Positions 53,801 to 63,613 of a stretch of DNA of 63,613 nucleotides are shown in pieces. The position numbers and the translations under genes were made by a program. This DNA is from Macrostomum lignano (taxonomy: Eukaryota): contig NIVC01004036.1 of assembly GCA_002269645.1 (NCBI GenBank), positions 1 to 63,613 of the forward strand, written 5' to 3'. How positions within the stretch are numbered: the stretch's first letter is position 1; each line of letters begins with the position of its first letter. Below the pieces are notes generated by a model. It was given only the letters and a program-made list of their open reading frames with translations, had not been told where the DNA came from and made no database searches.

Positions 53801-54742
53801 AGGAGAGAAGAGGGGAGAGCTGAGAGGAGAGAAGAGAAGAGAGAAGAGGGGAGAGCTGAGAGGAGAGAAGAGGGGAGAGCTGAGAGGAGAGAAGAGGGGA
53901 GAGAAGAGGGGAGAGCTGAGAGGAGAGAAGAGAGGAGAGAAGAGGGGAGAGCTGAGAGGAGAGAAGAGGGGAGAGAAGAGGGGAGAGCTGAGAGGAGAGA
54001 AGAGAGGAGAGAAGAGGGGAGAGCTGAGAGGAGACAAACCTTGAGCGGGCCCGAGTAAATTGTACGGTAAGAGCCCGATCAAAGGCGGCTTCAGTTTCCT
54101 GTCCAGACGCATAGTTAAAAGATGGATGCCTTCCGTAGGCAGGGCTGAGTATTTTGTCACCCAGCGGGACACTATGCGTGTACTATTACTGCGTAGTTAA
54201 TCCGATCCGAATTATATTACCTACCAGGTATCTCCTGGCTAATGGACTCTTGAGTGGTGTTATATAGTATCGTATTTTATTCCCACCGTGAAATAAATGG
54301 AATTTTTAGAATTACAAAACAATTGGTATCTATTGTTTCACCGCCACTGCCAAGACAAGGGATAATTGGTTTAAAAGCTTTATAAGCCGATATTTTGAGG
54401 TAGTCGGTCTAAGATGCCCTTTAAAATTCTCGCTATTGTGAAATTTAATTTTAGAAAAATACATTCTAATTCCTGAATTTGCTAGTAGCCTACTGTTAGT
54501 AGGCGGCTCAGGGATTTTATTCTCGTACTTAACTACTAGTTCTATAAAATAATATTCGCCTCTGTCCCGCGCAGATCCAATACATCGAGACCAGCGCCAA
54601 GGACCCGCCATTCAATGTTGACGAGGCGTTCAACTCTGTTGTGCGGATAATCTGCAGCCAGCCCAGGGAGCCGACTAACAAGAAGGAGAAGAAGACTAAG
54701 AGAAACAAAAATGGCAAGAAGATCAAGTGCGAAGTTATGTAA
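50895..54742 (+). CDS. MRAS: M-Ras (R-Ras3) orthologue, 205 aa; exons 50895-51105, 52004-52242, 54575-54742
   Basis: [31 protein letters not shown]|[19 protein letters not shown] and ETSAKDPP (the DPP insert is typical of M-Ras), polybasic tail and CEVM-stop. GT-AG junctions are in matching phases. Confidence 0.95.
51189..51968. repeat. 31-bp array (gccagcagcttcccaggtttcctcagtctga), about 25 copies, in M-Ras intron 1
   Basis: Two variants (ccaggttt / ccagattt). It fills most of the 898-nt intron. Confidence 0.97.
52520..52533. promoter_or_regulatory. Near-consensus X-box GTTTCCACGGCAAC in M-Ras intron 2
   Basis: One mismatch to GTHNYYATRRNAAC. Confidence 0.3.
53270..54035. repeat. Pure-purine-rich array, about 24 bp unit (gagaagaggggagagctgagagga), in M-Ras intron 2
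   Basis: Produces the EKRGELRG / SPLFSPLS ORFs. Confidence 0.93.
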
Positions 54743-54854
54743 TGCATTGTTCGTAACTGACTATTGAACTGCATTGGTTCGGGCTCTGTTGGCACTCGGA
54801 TCTTTTTTGTTCTTTTTTTCTGGAATTACAACGTGCGTTTCTGTGCAGTGATGT

Positions 54855-55522
54855 GGATCTTTTGAGGTGTCACTTCCTCTGTGAGACTGGGACTTCACCG
54901 GGATCTTTTGAGGTGTCACTTCCTCTGTGAGACTGGGACTTCACCGGGATCTTTTGAGGTGTCACTTCCTCTGTGAGACTGGGACTTCACCGGGATCTTT
55001 TGAGGTGTCACTTCCTCTGTGAGACTGGGACTTCACCGGGATCTTTTGAGGCGTCACTTCCTCTGTGAGACTGGGACTTCACCGGGATCTTATGAGGTGT
55101 CACTTCCCCTATGAGACTGGGACTTTACCGGATCTTATGAGGTGTCACTTCCCCTATGAGACTGGGACTTTACCGGGATCTATGAGGTGTCACTTCCCCT
55201 ATGAGACTGGGACTTTACCGGGATCTATGAGGTGTCACTTCCTCTGTGAGACTGGGACTTCACCGGGATCTTTTGAGGTGTCACTTCCTCTGTGAGACTG
55301 GGACTTCACCGGGATCTTTTGAGGTGTCACTTCCTCTGTGAGACTGGGACTTCACCGGGATCTTATGAGGTGTCACTTCCCCTATGAGACTGGGACTTTA
55401 CCGGGATCTTATGAGGTGTCACTTCCCCTATGAGACTGGGACTTTACCGGGATCTTATGAGGTGTCACTTCCCCTATGAGACTGGGACTTTACCGGGATC
55501 TTATGAGGTGTCACTTCCCCTA
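54855..55522. repeat. 46-bp array (ggatcttttgaggtgtcacttcctctgtgagactgggacttcaccg), about 14 copies, downstream of the M-Ras stop
   Basis: Two variant types occur in alternating blocks. Confidence 0.95.
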
Positions 55523-56863
55523 TCATTGCGCAAAGCTGTTTGCAGCAGCACTTACCGCTTTCCAGTGCGCTGTTGTCTTTTTATTTTTTCTTACCTACTA
55601 TAGAGAAAGTTTAATTGGCTGTAAAAATATGTTTCTTTCCTCTGTTTCTTCGTTGACTAAACGCTTTCGCAACAGTTCATAGTTCGGCTTAGCTGTTTTG
55701 CTGTTGTCACTATTTTCCGTTACCCTGTCTTTAATAATCAAATCGACAATTACTGATTGAATACCGAACATGCAAGTTTCCCGTTAAATCGTTTTTTGGC
55801 AAAATTTTACTTTACTCGATTTTTTTTAATTAAAAACTTTGCATCAAACGCAATGCATACGCTATGTTTATAATCGATTTCCGTATGTAATACTCAGAAG
55901 CACAAATATTATAATAGCTGTTCTCTGGTTAATAATATATCTATTGTTTATTTATATCAATAAAATATATAGACGCTAGCATACTGAGGCTGATTAATTA
56001 TTATTCGTTTCTATTTTTCTGTGTCGACAAATAGTCAGCAATTGTAGCTGATCTTTGTTGTTTTCGTAGAAACCAATAAGTTTTTGTAACACAATGTTCT
56101 ACCAGTAGTCGAAAGCTTCAAGACAAACAAGTCTTTGTTGGCATTGCTTGTCAGAAGATTCTGGGACTGCTAACCTGTACGTAGCTCTCTGTAGGCACGA
56201 GGTACAAGATATTTGTTGGTTTGCTGCTAGTTTATGTTCTAAAGATTTTTGGAAACTGCTTTACAATCGTTAATTACCTCGCTATTTTACCTCCATTTTC
56301 ATTCAAACTCAGTTCCTCTTTCGACAGTGGGAACTTTATCTTCGGCACTTCAAGCTTAAGCATCTCTGAAACTACATCCACCTCAGACAAACTCCCTTTC
56401 ATCGTCGACAACTGAAAGTGAGGGTCAATTCTAACCTCAAGAAAATGCTTCCCTGTGGTCAAATTTGTACCGAATTTTTACAGCTGTTCATTAAAGCAGT
56501 GTACGATCAGAATCTCCTTTCTGTACAGATAGCTTCGCACCAAAGAAAACTGAAATTTCGGAAAACGGAATTGCACCACAGAGATAGGCACATGTCTAAA
56601 ATATTAACAACTTCACTTCCACTTTCGACAAAGTCCACTTCATATCAACAGTCTATGGTCCAGACCTACTGAAACTTCGATTCAATCTCGTCAAAGTGAC
56701 GTCCGATTCAGACAGTCAACATGCACTTTAGACAGACCAGTTTGGATGCTTCGATCATCAAGACAGGCAGAGTGGAGAAGCGTCCTTGTGGGCAGCTACG
56801 AAAATCAAATGGGATGCTGAGATGCAGCAGTTTTTGTGCGGCATTGTCGAGCAGTTAAGCCGG

Positions 56864-57259
56864 CCAAGTTGAGGATTGCCACTTGGAAGCAGTAGATTTG
56901 GTCCTGCCCATAGACATACTCGTAGGCGGAAGAAAGACAAGCAAGTTGATAATTCGGTCATAGACATAAGCACAAAGGATTCCAGCAGCAACCTTTCTCG
57001 TAGGCTCTCTATCTCTCGATACGATTAAATGATTTGAATCTCAAAAGCGGGGACTTTTTCCCATAGACTACGGATTTCCGACTCTGAATAATCGAATTAA
57101 ATAACCATTAAATAGGCTATTGTACATGTACTTTATATCATGTTTAAACATCGACTTTCATGCAGTCAAGATTGGAATTATCATTTTGCTTGCCTTTCTC
57201 CGTATATGTCTATGGGCAAGACCACATCTACTGCTGCCAAATGGGAATTCTCAACTTGG
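56864..57259. repeat. Inverted duplication, about 90-bp arms (56864-56955 and 57175-57259), 219-nt spacer
   Basis: ccaagttgaggattgccacttggaagcagtagatttggtcctgcccatagacata aligns to the reverse complement of tatgtctatgggcaagaccacatctactgctgccaaatgggaattctcaacttgg, about 80% identity by eye. Confidence 0.8.
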
Positions 57260-57575
57260 TTGACAAGTATGAAAAGCACAATTTCCAGTGAGATTCGCAT
57301 GAAACATGAGCTTACTATACTTGTACATCAAGCTATTCAGCTTTGAGATTGTTTTACTGGGTGGTACGGGCGTACTCACGTACATGTACATGTACACCTT
57401 GTGGAGAGTGTACAGGAAAGCCAGTGACCGACCTCTGCTAGTAGAAGAAATACAAAGCTGGGACAGAGGCCGAACTGATGTGGAAGCGACAGTCTCAGCC
57501 CGCAAAAGCAGCTATATACATTGTATGGGGATTGGGGAAGACAAAGCCAGCGCTGCATGGGGAAGGCGGTTGCTG

Positions 57576-57589
57576 GTCGTCATGGCAAC
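57576..57589. promoter_or_regulatory. RFX X-box motif GTCGTCATGGCAAC
   Basis: Exact match to GTHNYYATRRNAAC, about 3.2 kb upstream of the ANKUB1 start. Confidence 0.45.
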
Positions 57590-59299
57590 CGGACACTGGC
57601 AACTTTTTTCTCATTCTCTCCCCAAAGCCGGCAGTTTCTGGAGTATATAGGGAATGCGTGTTAGACAAATGACTGGCAGGCAGACTGAGCTGAACTCCGG
57701 AGAACGGGAGCACGGCAGCGATCCCAGAGCACACGTCAAGTAAGGTGAGTCGCATAGCTTTGCAACTCATGCCCAGCCATTCATTTTTCTAGTATTTCAT
57801 ATTTAAAAGGCTGGACAGAAATATTTTGACAATAAATAATAATATCAACGCATTAAATAAGGAGCGAAGTTTAGTACATTAGACTAGCAATCTTCGCCCC
57901 CCCCCGTTGAGGAGGCAACGAGATAAAGGAAGTAAAAATTCTTAACAAATTCTTGAAATGTAGAAAACCTGGTAAGTCACAATTAGCAATCAGCTCTGGC
58001 CTAAGATTAACAGCATACCCTTTGAGTCTTCGCATCAAAGCCTTCCTTTAAGCCATGGCTTGCCTTTGATGCCTGGCCTACAACAACTCCCAATTGAGCC
58101 TCGGCATCTCAGCAATTACCCCTTGAGCCTTTGAAATTCAATGCGATAGATTAAATTGTGATTGGGGAAATCGCATAGGTCTGTTAGTGCTAAAATCATT
58201 GCGCAATTGTCTTTGCTACTGCTTGAACGTGTGGTCCTTTATTTTCCGTGTCAAAAAGGCAACAGGCAATTGTAGAGAGCATAAGGCACATGATTTTTGG
58301 GTAAAAAAAACAACCAAGATGGACTGAGGATGGAAAGCGCGGATTTTTATTAGACATAGAAATGTCTAATTTTCATTACATTATTTTCAGAATTGATGTT
58401 GTTGGCACTCATTTTGGCGCCAAACGCGCTATATTTTGGAGTCCTAAAGCAAAACTATTGATTTCCACTACGGGTCACAAGGTGGGATGTGTCCCCCATA
58501 GCTTTTACTGGGCGGGATCGACATGTCCCCCCTTATCTCCGCCATTGACGACGCAGCACTGACTGAAAGCTTATTCGCATTGAATTGCTGAGCCTGCAGC
58601 TATACACATGTAGAGTACTTAAAACTGTATTGAACTGCTTCACAATTGTCTACTCTTTCTCTCTGAGTTGAGCTGGCGACTGCTATTCACTATTAGCTGC
58701 AGCTTTTGAGCACGATTTTGTCAGGGCGGGGGCACGATGCAACGTACTCATGGTAGCTATGGATGGATACAGTCTGCCAGAGAAGAGAGAACAATGCGAG
58801 GTGCTCCAATTGCGACTGTTGCTTCGATTGCACTACGAGAATGAATTGGGCCCTGGTAGTGCGAGAGAGCCCCCCCCCCGTGCCTGCCAGACCAGCTATT
58901 TCTAGCCAGATGATGTAGAGCTGAAAAAGCGAAATCCTTCGCACTCTAGAAGACAGACTTCAAGCAGCGCTCTTAGAATTGAATTCGTTATTTTGGCTAA
59001 AATATTAAACCAGTAATGAGTTCCTTGTCTGAGCAGAGGCCGCCATCCAGCGGCAGCGGTAGAGACACTCTCGCCGACTCAACCTGTTACAACTGCGTTG
59101 GAGAGGTAAAATCACTGGGAACTGCACGGCTTGGCATTTCTTTAATACCTGCCGTCTTGGTTTATTAAATACAGCACGGGGTAAAATTAGAAATTTGGAA
59201 GAAAATAGCGAAAGTTCAGAGAAGTTGTAAAATTCAGTTTTTTGGCAGTCACTCTCCCAGATCCTCAGGTTGAGCCATCCATCCCTACCAGATTCCCTT

Positions 59300-60140
59300 G
59301 CAGTTATTAAACCTTCAACCCTCCCGGACTCTCGGGTGTTCAACCTCCAACCATCCCAGATGCTCAGGTATTCAACCTCCAACCATCCCAGATGCTCAGG
59401 TATTCAACCTCCAACCATCCCAGATGCTCGGGTATTCAACCTCCAACCATCCCAGATGCTCGGGTATTCAACCTCCAACCATCCCAGATGCTCGGGTATT
59501 CAACCTCCAACCATCCCAGATGCTCGGGTATTCAACCTCCAACCATCCCAGATCCTCAGGTATTCAACCTCCAACCATCCCAGATGCTCGGGTATTCAAC
59601 CTCCAACCATCCCAGATCCTCAGGTTTTCAACCTCCAACCATCCAAGATCCTCAGGTTTTCAACCTCCAACCATCCAAGATCCTCAGGTTTTTAACCTCC
59701 AACCATCCCAGATCCTCAGTTATTCAACCTCCAACCATCCCAGATCCTCAGGTATTCAACCTCCAACCATCCCAGATGCTCAGGTATTCAACCTCCAACC
59801 ATCCGAGATCCTCAGGTATTCAACCTCCAACCATCCCAGATCCTCAGGTATTCAACCTCCAACCATCCCAGATCCTCAGGTATTCAACCTCCAACCATCC
59901 CAGATCCTCAGGTATTCAAACTCCAAACCATCCCAGATCCTCAGGTATTCAAACTCCAAACCATCCCAGATCCTCAGGTATTCAACCTCCAACCATCCCA
60001 GATCCTCAGGTATTCAACCTCCAAACCATCCCAGATTCTCAGGTATTCAACCTCCAAACCATCCCAGATCCTCAGGTATTCAACCTCCAAACCATCCCAG
60101 ATCCTCAGGTATTCAACCTCCAAACCATCCCAGATCCTCA
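59300..60140. repeat. 32-33 bp array (tattcaacctccaaccatcccagatcctcagg), about 26 copies
   Basis: Produces the QPPTIPD / STSNHPR ORFs in all three forward frames. Confidence 0.95.
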
Positions 60141-60774
60141 CCTGCTGGGCCCTTCCACCACCCTCTCCGATCCTCAAAGTAAAGTACGAGTATTCACCAT
60201 CTTTTGATCGCTTTCAGACATCACTATCAATCTAGAAAATTCAAGTAAATTTAAGTAGCTCGTAAATCAAAATGCAAGCAGTTCTATTAACCATTTAAAG
60301 TAGTGCCGTGGAGTTCAATTTGCTCTAAAGCACGAACAACACAGCAAACTTATGATTCATGAAAACAGTTGTATGGCAAACAAACGCTTGGCACGTATCG
60401 CTGTGGGGATTGCTAAGCCAGCCAGTCAGTCATCCGAGCAGCCCCCTCTGCTCTGCTTACATCTGGACCTGTGAGATGGCAATGGGGAGAGAGAACGAGA
60501 GAGAGAGTAAGCCATGAGTTAAGAAACACACGAGCTCTCTCGTTCCTAAGCTTCTCGTGGCTGTACTGCAAACAGCTTAATACGCTTGGATTTCTATTGA
60601 CTCAGTGTAAGGACTTAGTGCTGGGCCAAGGGGCGACTCCATTGCCAAATATGTGAGCGTCTAAATGAGCACAATTGAAAGCGAATCGATTGACAACTCA
60701 TTACCCTGCTCACGCTCTTCCCGAATAATATCGGGTCAAAATTCTTTAAACTCATCTGCTTCCAGCGCAAAAGA

Positions 60775-62728
60775 ATGCGAGTGTTCATCTGCCACGAGAA
60801 CGGGCGAAGCTCACTGGACCTGCCCGAGGGCAAGACGGTGGCGGACATCAAGCAGATTATCAAAGGTAAGACGACAATACACGATCCGAATGTCTACATT
60901 TAAAATGAGTGAGACTTTCACTATACAGCTAAGTAAGATACAACAAAGTGACATGCTGTGCGCGCTAAATTAGAAGAAAGGTAATCTTCACAGCCCCGAT
61001 CAAATGCAATCACTGATTGTGTGATGAGAAAAAATGATTTGTGATATCTACGAAGTGTATTTTTCCAGGAAATTGGCCTCCAAAAAATTACACTATCCTT
61101 GTGTTTTACGTCCTGTTATACTACACTGGTCCTGGATTTGGGGTCTTGATTTGGTTCAGGACGGGATTATCCAGTTTTTTGAGGGGTTTCGCAAATTTTC
61201 TGAATTTTTCCGTAGAATTACGAAGCACAATTCGTTAGAATTTTGTAATTTCGTTTTGTTACGTAATTAAGCTCCGTTATGCGGCTCTCTCCGCTCTCAC
61301 AAAACCAGCAATACATTGCAAATAATTTGAAAATGCCATTCAATTTATTTTTTCACAATGAGAGTAACTAGTGTAGGGATGCAATTCGTTTGCAAATATT
61401 TTTTTTCAAAATAGGTGATTAAGCATTCTGAGCATATTCTGTGCTGTGAAACAGATTAAATCCCCGCTCTAAGCGATACAGATATAGGGTCACGACTTAA
61501 AGGTCGGGGGTTCGATTCACGACCCACTCAGAACAATTTGTGTCCTTAAGCAAGACACTTAACTCTGAATTGCTTCAATTCACCCGGCTGTAAAATGGGT
61601 GCCAGCATTAGCTGGGGTAATTGAGCCCCAGTCCTTCGCAGCCTTCAGATGTGCCGAGCAATAGCTGCGGCTGAGCTGTCGGTTGCACAACTGGCCCAAT
61701 TGGGGCAGGTGTAATCAATTAAAAATGTGATAAAAAGTGCAAAAACCTCCACGAAAAGCTCAGCTTCCTCCCCTCATCTCCGCGGTACTAGATCGCTTCA
61801 AGATCCGGGTTGACCAAGTCCAGCTCGGCGACATCAACTTCGAGCGCAACACTCTGGTGCTGTCCTACGCCGGCGCCGAGCTGGACGACCGCTGGATCCT
61901 CTCCGACATGGGCATCCGGCCCGGCGCCACTCTGCGCGCCTACGTCAAGGAGGAGACCGACCCCGTGCTGTACCTGCGAGTCGGCTACAGCGAGGAGCTC
62001 ATGCCCATACTGGACCGCATCAAACTGCTCAACTACACCGTGGCCTCCCTTCGCGGCATGGCCTCAAGGCGCACCGGCCTGCCCGTGGGAGTGTTCCGCC
62101 TGACCACCTCGTCCGGAGCGGAGATGTACGACTGCCACACCATGGAGGACTACTCGGTGCGGCCCGGGACACCATCCGCGTGGAGACCTGGGACGGCTGG
62201 ACCGACCTGCTCAAACTGGCGTCGCTGGGTTTCACAAGCCACGTGCTGGAGCTCGTGAATCGAACCGACGATGCTCTGGCCAAATTCCAAATGAAGGTTG
62301 CTCTGTACATGGCGGCCCATTTTGGCCAGGTCGAGCTGAGCACCACCCTCACCAGGCAGTGCGGCATCCGATGCGACGAAGCTGTTGGCGCTCACCCGCT
62401 CAAGCAGTGGTGCTCGGCTGAGCGGCACCCCGACTTGAAGAAGTCACCGATCCACGAGGCGGTGGAGAGCGGCCAGCTGTCAGTGCTGCGCGGCTTCGTC
62501 CATCACAACGTCTGCTCCATCATGGTGCGCGACGGCGCCGGTCTGCAGCCGCTGAATCTGGCGCTGCGTCAGAAGCAAAAGTCATGCGCCAGCTTCCTGC
62601 TAACTAAACAGTGGAGCCGCATACCCTACAGCAACAGCACCGTGCCGCTGGCCATCTTTGCTAGGATGAAGAACTGGTCTGACAAGGCCAAGGACAAGGT
62701 CTCCGTACTGCAGGGACAGGACAAGTGA
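60775..62728 (+). CDS. ANKUB1: ANKUB1 orthologue (tandem ubiquitin-like domains plus ankyrin repeats); exon 60775-60865 and exon from 61792 to about 62724; 1-nt frameshift at 62166-62168; 3' end uncertain
   Basis: MRVFI...IK|DRF, LSYAGAELDDRWILSDMGI, GLPVGVFRL...GAEMYDCHT, ETWDGW, KVALYMAAHFG, EAVGAHPLKQWC and PIHEAVESGQL follow human ANKUB1 in order. Splice phase matches (G|gtaaga ... tactag|AT). Confidence 0.88.
61480..61725 (+). mobile_element. tRNA-derived SINE in ANKUB1 intron 1
   Basis: B-box GGTTCGATTC at 61509-61518, then gtgtccttaagcaagacacttaact and gtaaaatgggtgcc, which resemble conserved central SINE domains. A-rich end. Confidence 0.55.
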
Positions 62729-62749
62729 GACTTTGACTCGTCTCTTTAC

Positions 62750-62990
62750 ACTGTGCATCCTCGTGACTTGACTGTGCATCCTCGTGACTTGACTGCGCAT
62801 CCTCGTGACTTGACTGCGCATCCTCGTGACTTGACTGCCCATCCTCGTGACTTGACTGCCCATCCTCGTGACTTGACTGCCCATCCTCGTGACTTGACTG
62901 CCCATCCTCGTGACTTGACTGCGCATCCTCGTGACTTGACTGCGCATCCTCGTGACTTGACTGCGCATCCTCGTGACTTGAAGTTATAGC
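62750..62990. repeat. 21-bp array (catcctcgtgacttgactgcg), about 11 copies
   Basis: Produces the HPRDLTA ORF. Confidence 0.95.
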
Positions 62991-63002
62991 CTCGTGACGT
63001 CA

Positions 63003-63165
63003 TCCCACTGACTCCTCACCCACTGACTCCTCACCCACTGACTCCTCACCCACTGACTCCTCACCCACTGACTCCTCACCCACTGACTCCTCACCCACTG
63101 ACTCCTCACCCACTGACTCCTCACCCCACTGACTCTTCACACTCTCACCCACTGACTCCTCAAAT
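63003..63165. repeat. 15-bp array (cccactgactcctca), about 10 copies
   Basis: Read directly. Confidence 0.92.
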
Positions 63166-63613
63166 TTCCACAAATTCTTTTAATTAAGTATATTTTATCA
63201 GTTTTGAAAAAAAACACAAGATGAAAATTGAGGCAGTTTGTGGTGGGGGCACTTAAAGTATACTTTTTTGCGATTGAATTCGTCCAAACTGCAAAACTTT
63301 CGTCCAACAAATGCTTTCTTAATGGAGAGTTAAATTTAGATCATACCATAGACAACTGTGTTCACCATAGTTAACACCCAATTGACAGTTCGCTTTTGCT
63401 ACCACTACAGCTACAGCAACGCATATCTTCCATTCTGAACCCGGCAAAACAGTCGAAGATGAACCGAGGCCTGGCGGATGCACATTTTGAAGAGAGAGGT
63501 CGAAGCTGCACTGCACGTGATTACACAGGAGAGCTGTGCCAGCAATGGACCAATCACACTGTGGGTTACTACGGCCGCTGTTTGGACTACGAAGACATTT
63601 TGAACTAACATTC

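Noticed and set aside
59270-60207. Pro/Ser-rich mucin-like ORFs
   Set aside because: The 32-bp unit is not a multiple of three and the same peptide cycles through all frames.
61490-61530. tRNA gene
   Set aside because: A B-box is present but no cloverleaf forms. The context fits a SINE head.
63396-63608. ORF with a kringle-like TGELCQQW motif, or a next ANKUB1 exon
   Set aside because: Cys spacing does not complete a kringle, the splice phase does not match the likely ANKUB1 donor, and it is at the window edge.

Overview
This is animal genomic DNA, not prokaryotic; I found no rRNA, tRNA gene or CRISPR array. GC-rich coding sequence in AT-rich spacers plus very dense minisatellites suggests a free-living flatworm such as Macrostomum, but that is inference only. 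Five protein genes are recognisable: mitochondrial ribosomal protein S17 (26027-26563, +), alpha-tubulin (29140-30579, -, intron after the ATG), a single-exon GT32/DXD glycosyltransferase of the SUR1/CSH1/OCH1 type (36098-37228, +), an M-Ras orthologue (3 exons, 50895-54742, +) and an ANKUB1 orthologue (60775-62728, +, one probable homopolymer frameshift). About 25 unrelated tandem arrays cover roughly 30% of the window and account for nearly all long low-complexity ORFs in the track. A transposon graveyard lies at about 38-50 kb. It holds a 2.4 kb element with perfect 15-bp TIRs and an 8-bp TSD whose subterminal motif has expanded into an internal satellite, and an RTE-like LINE interrupted by what looks like a hairpin-type hAT excision footprint. 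Other notable signals are RFX X-box motifs around ciliary-type genes, splice acceptors 6-9 nt in frame upstream of three start codons (possible spliced-leader trans-splicing), higher-order satellite periods of 139 and 160-192 bp, and a hidden inverted duplication at 56.9-57.3 kb. The first 25 kb contain no protein I can identify.
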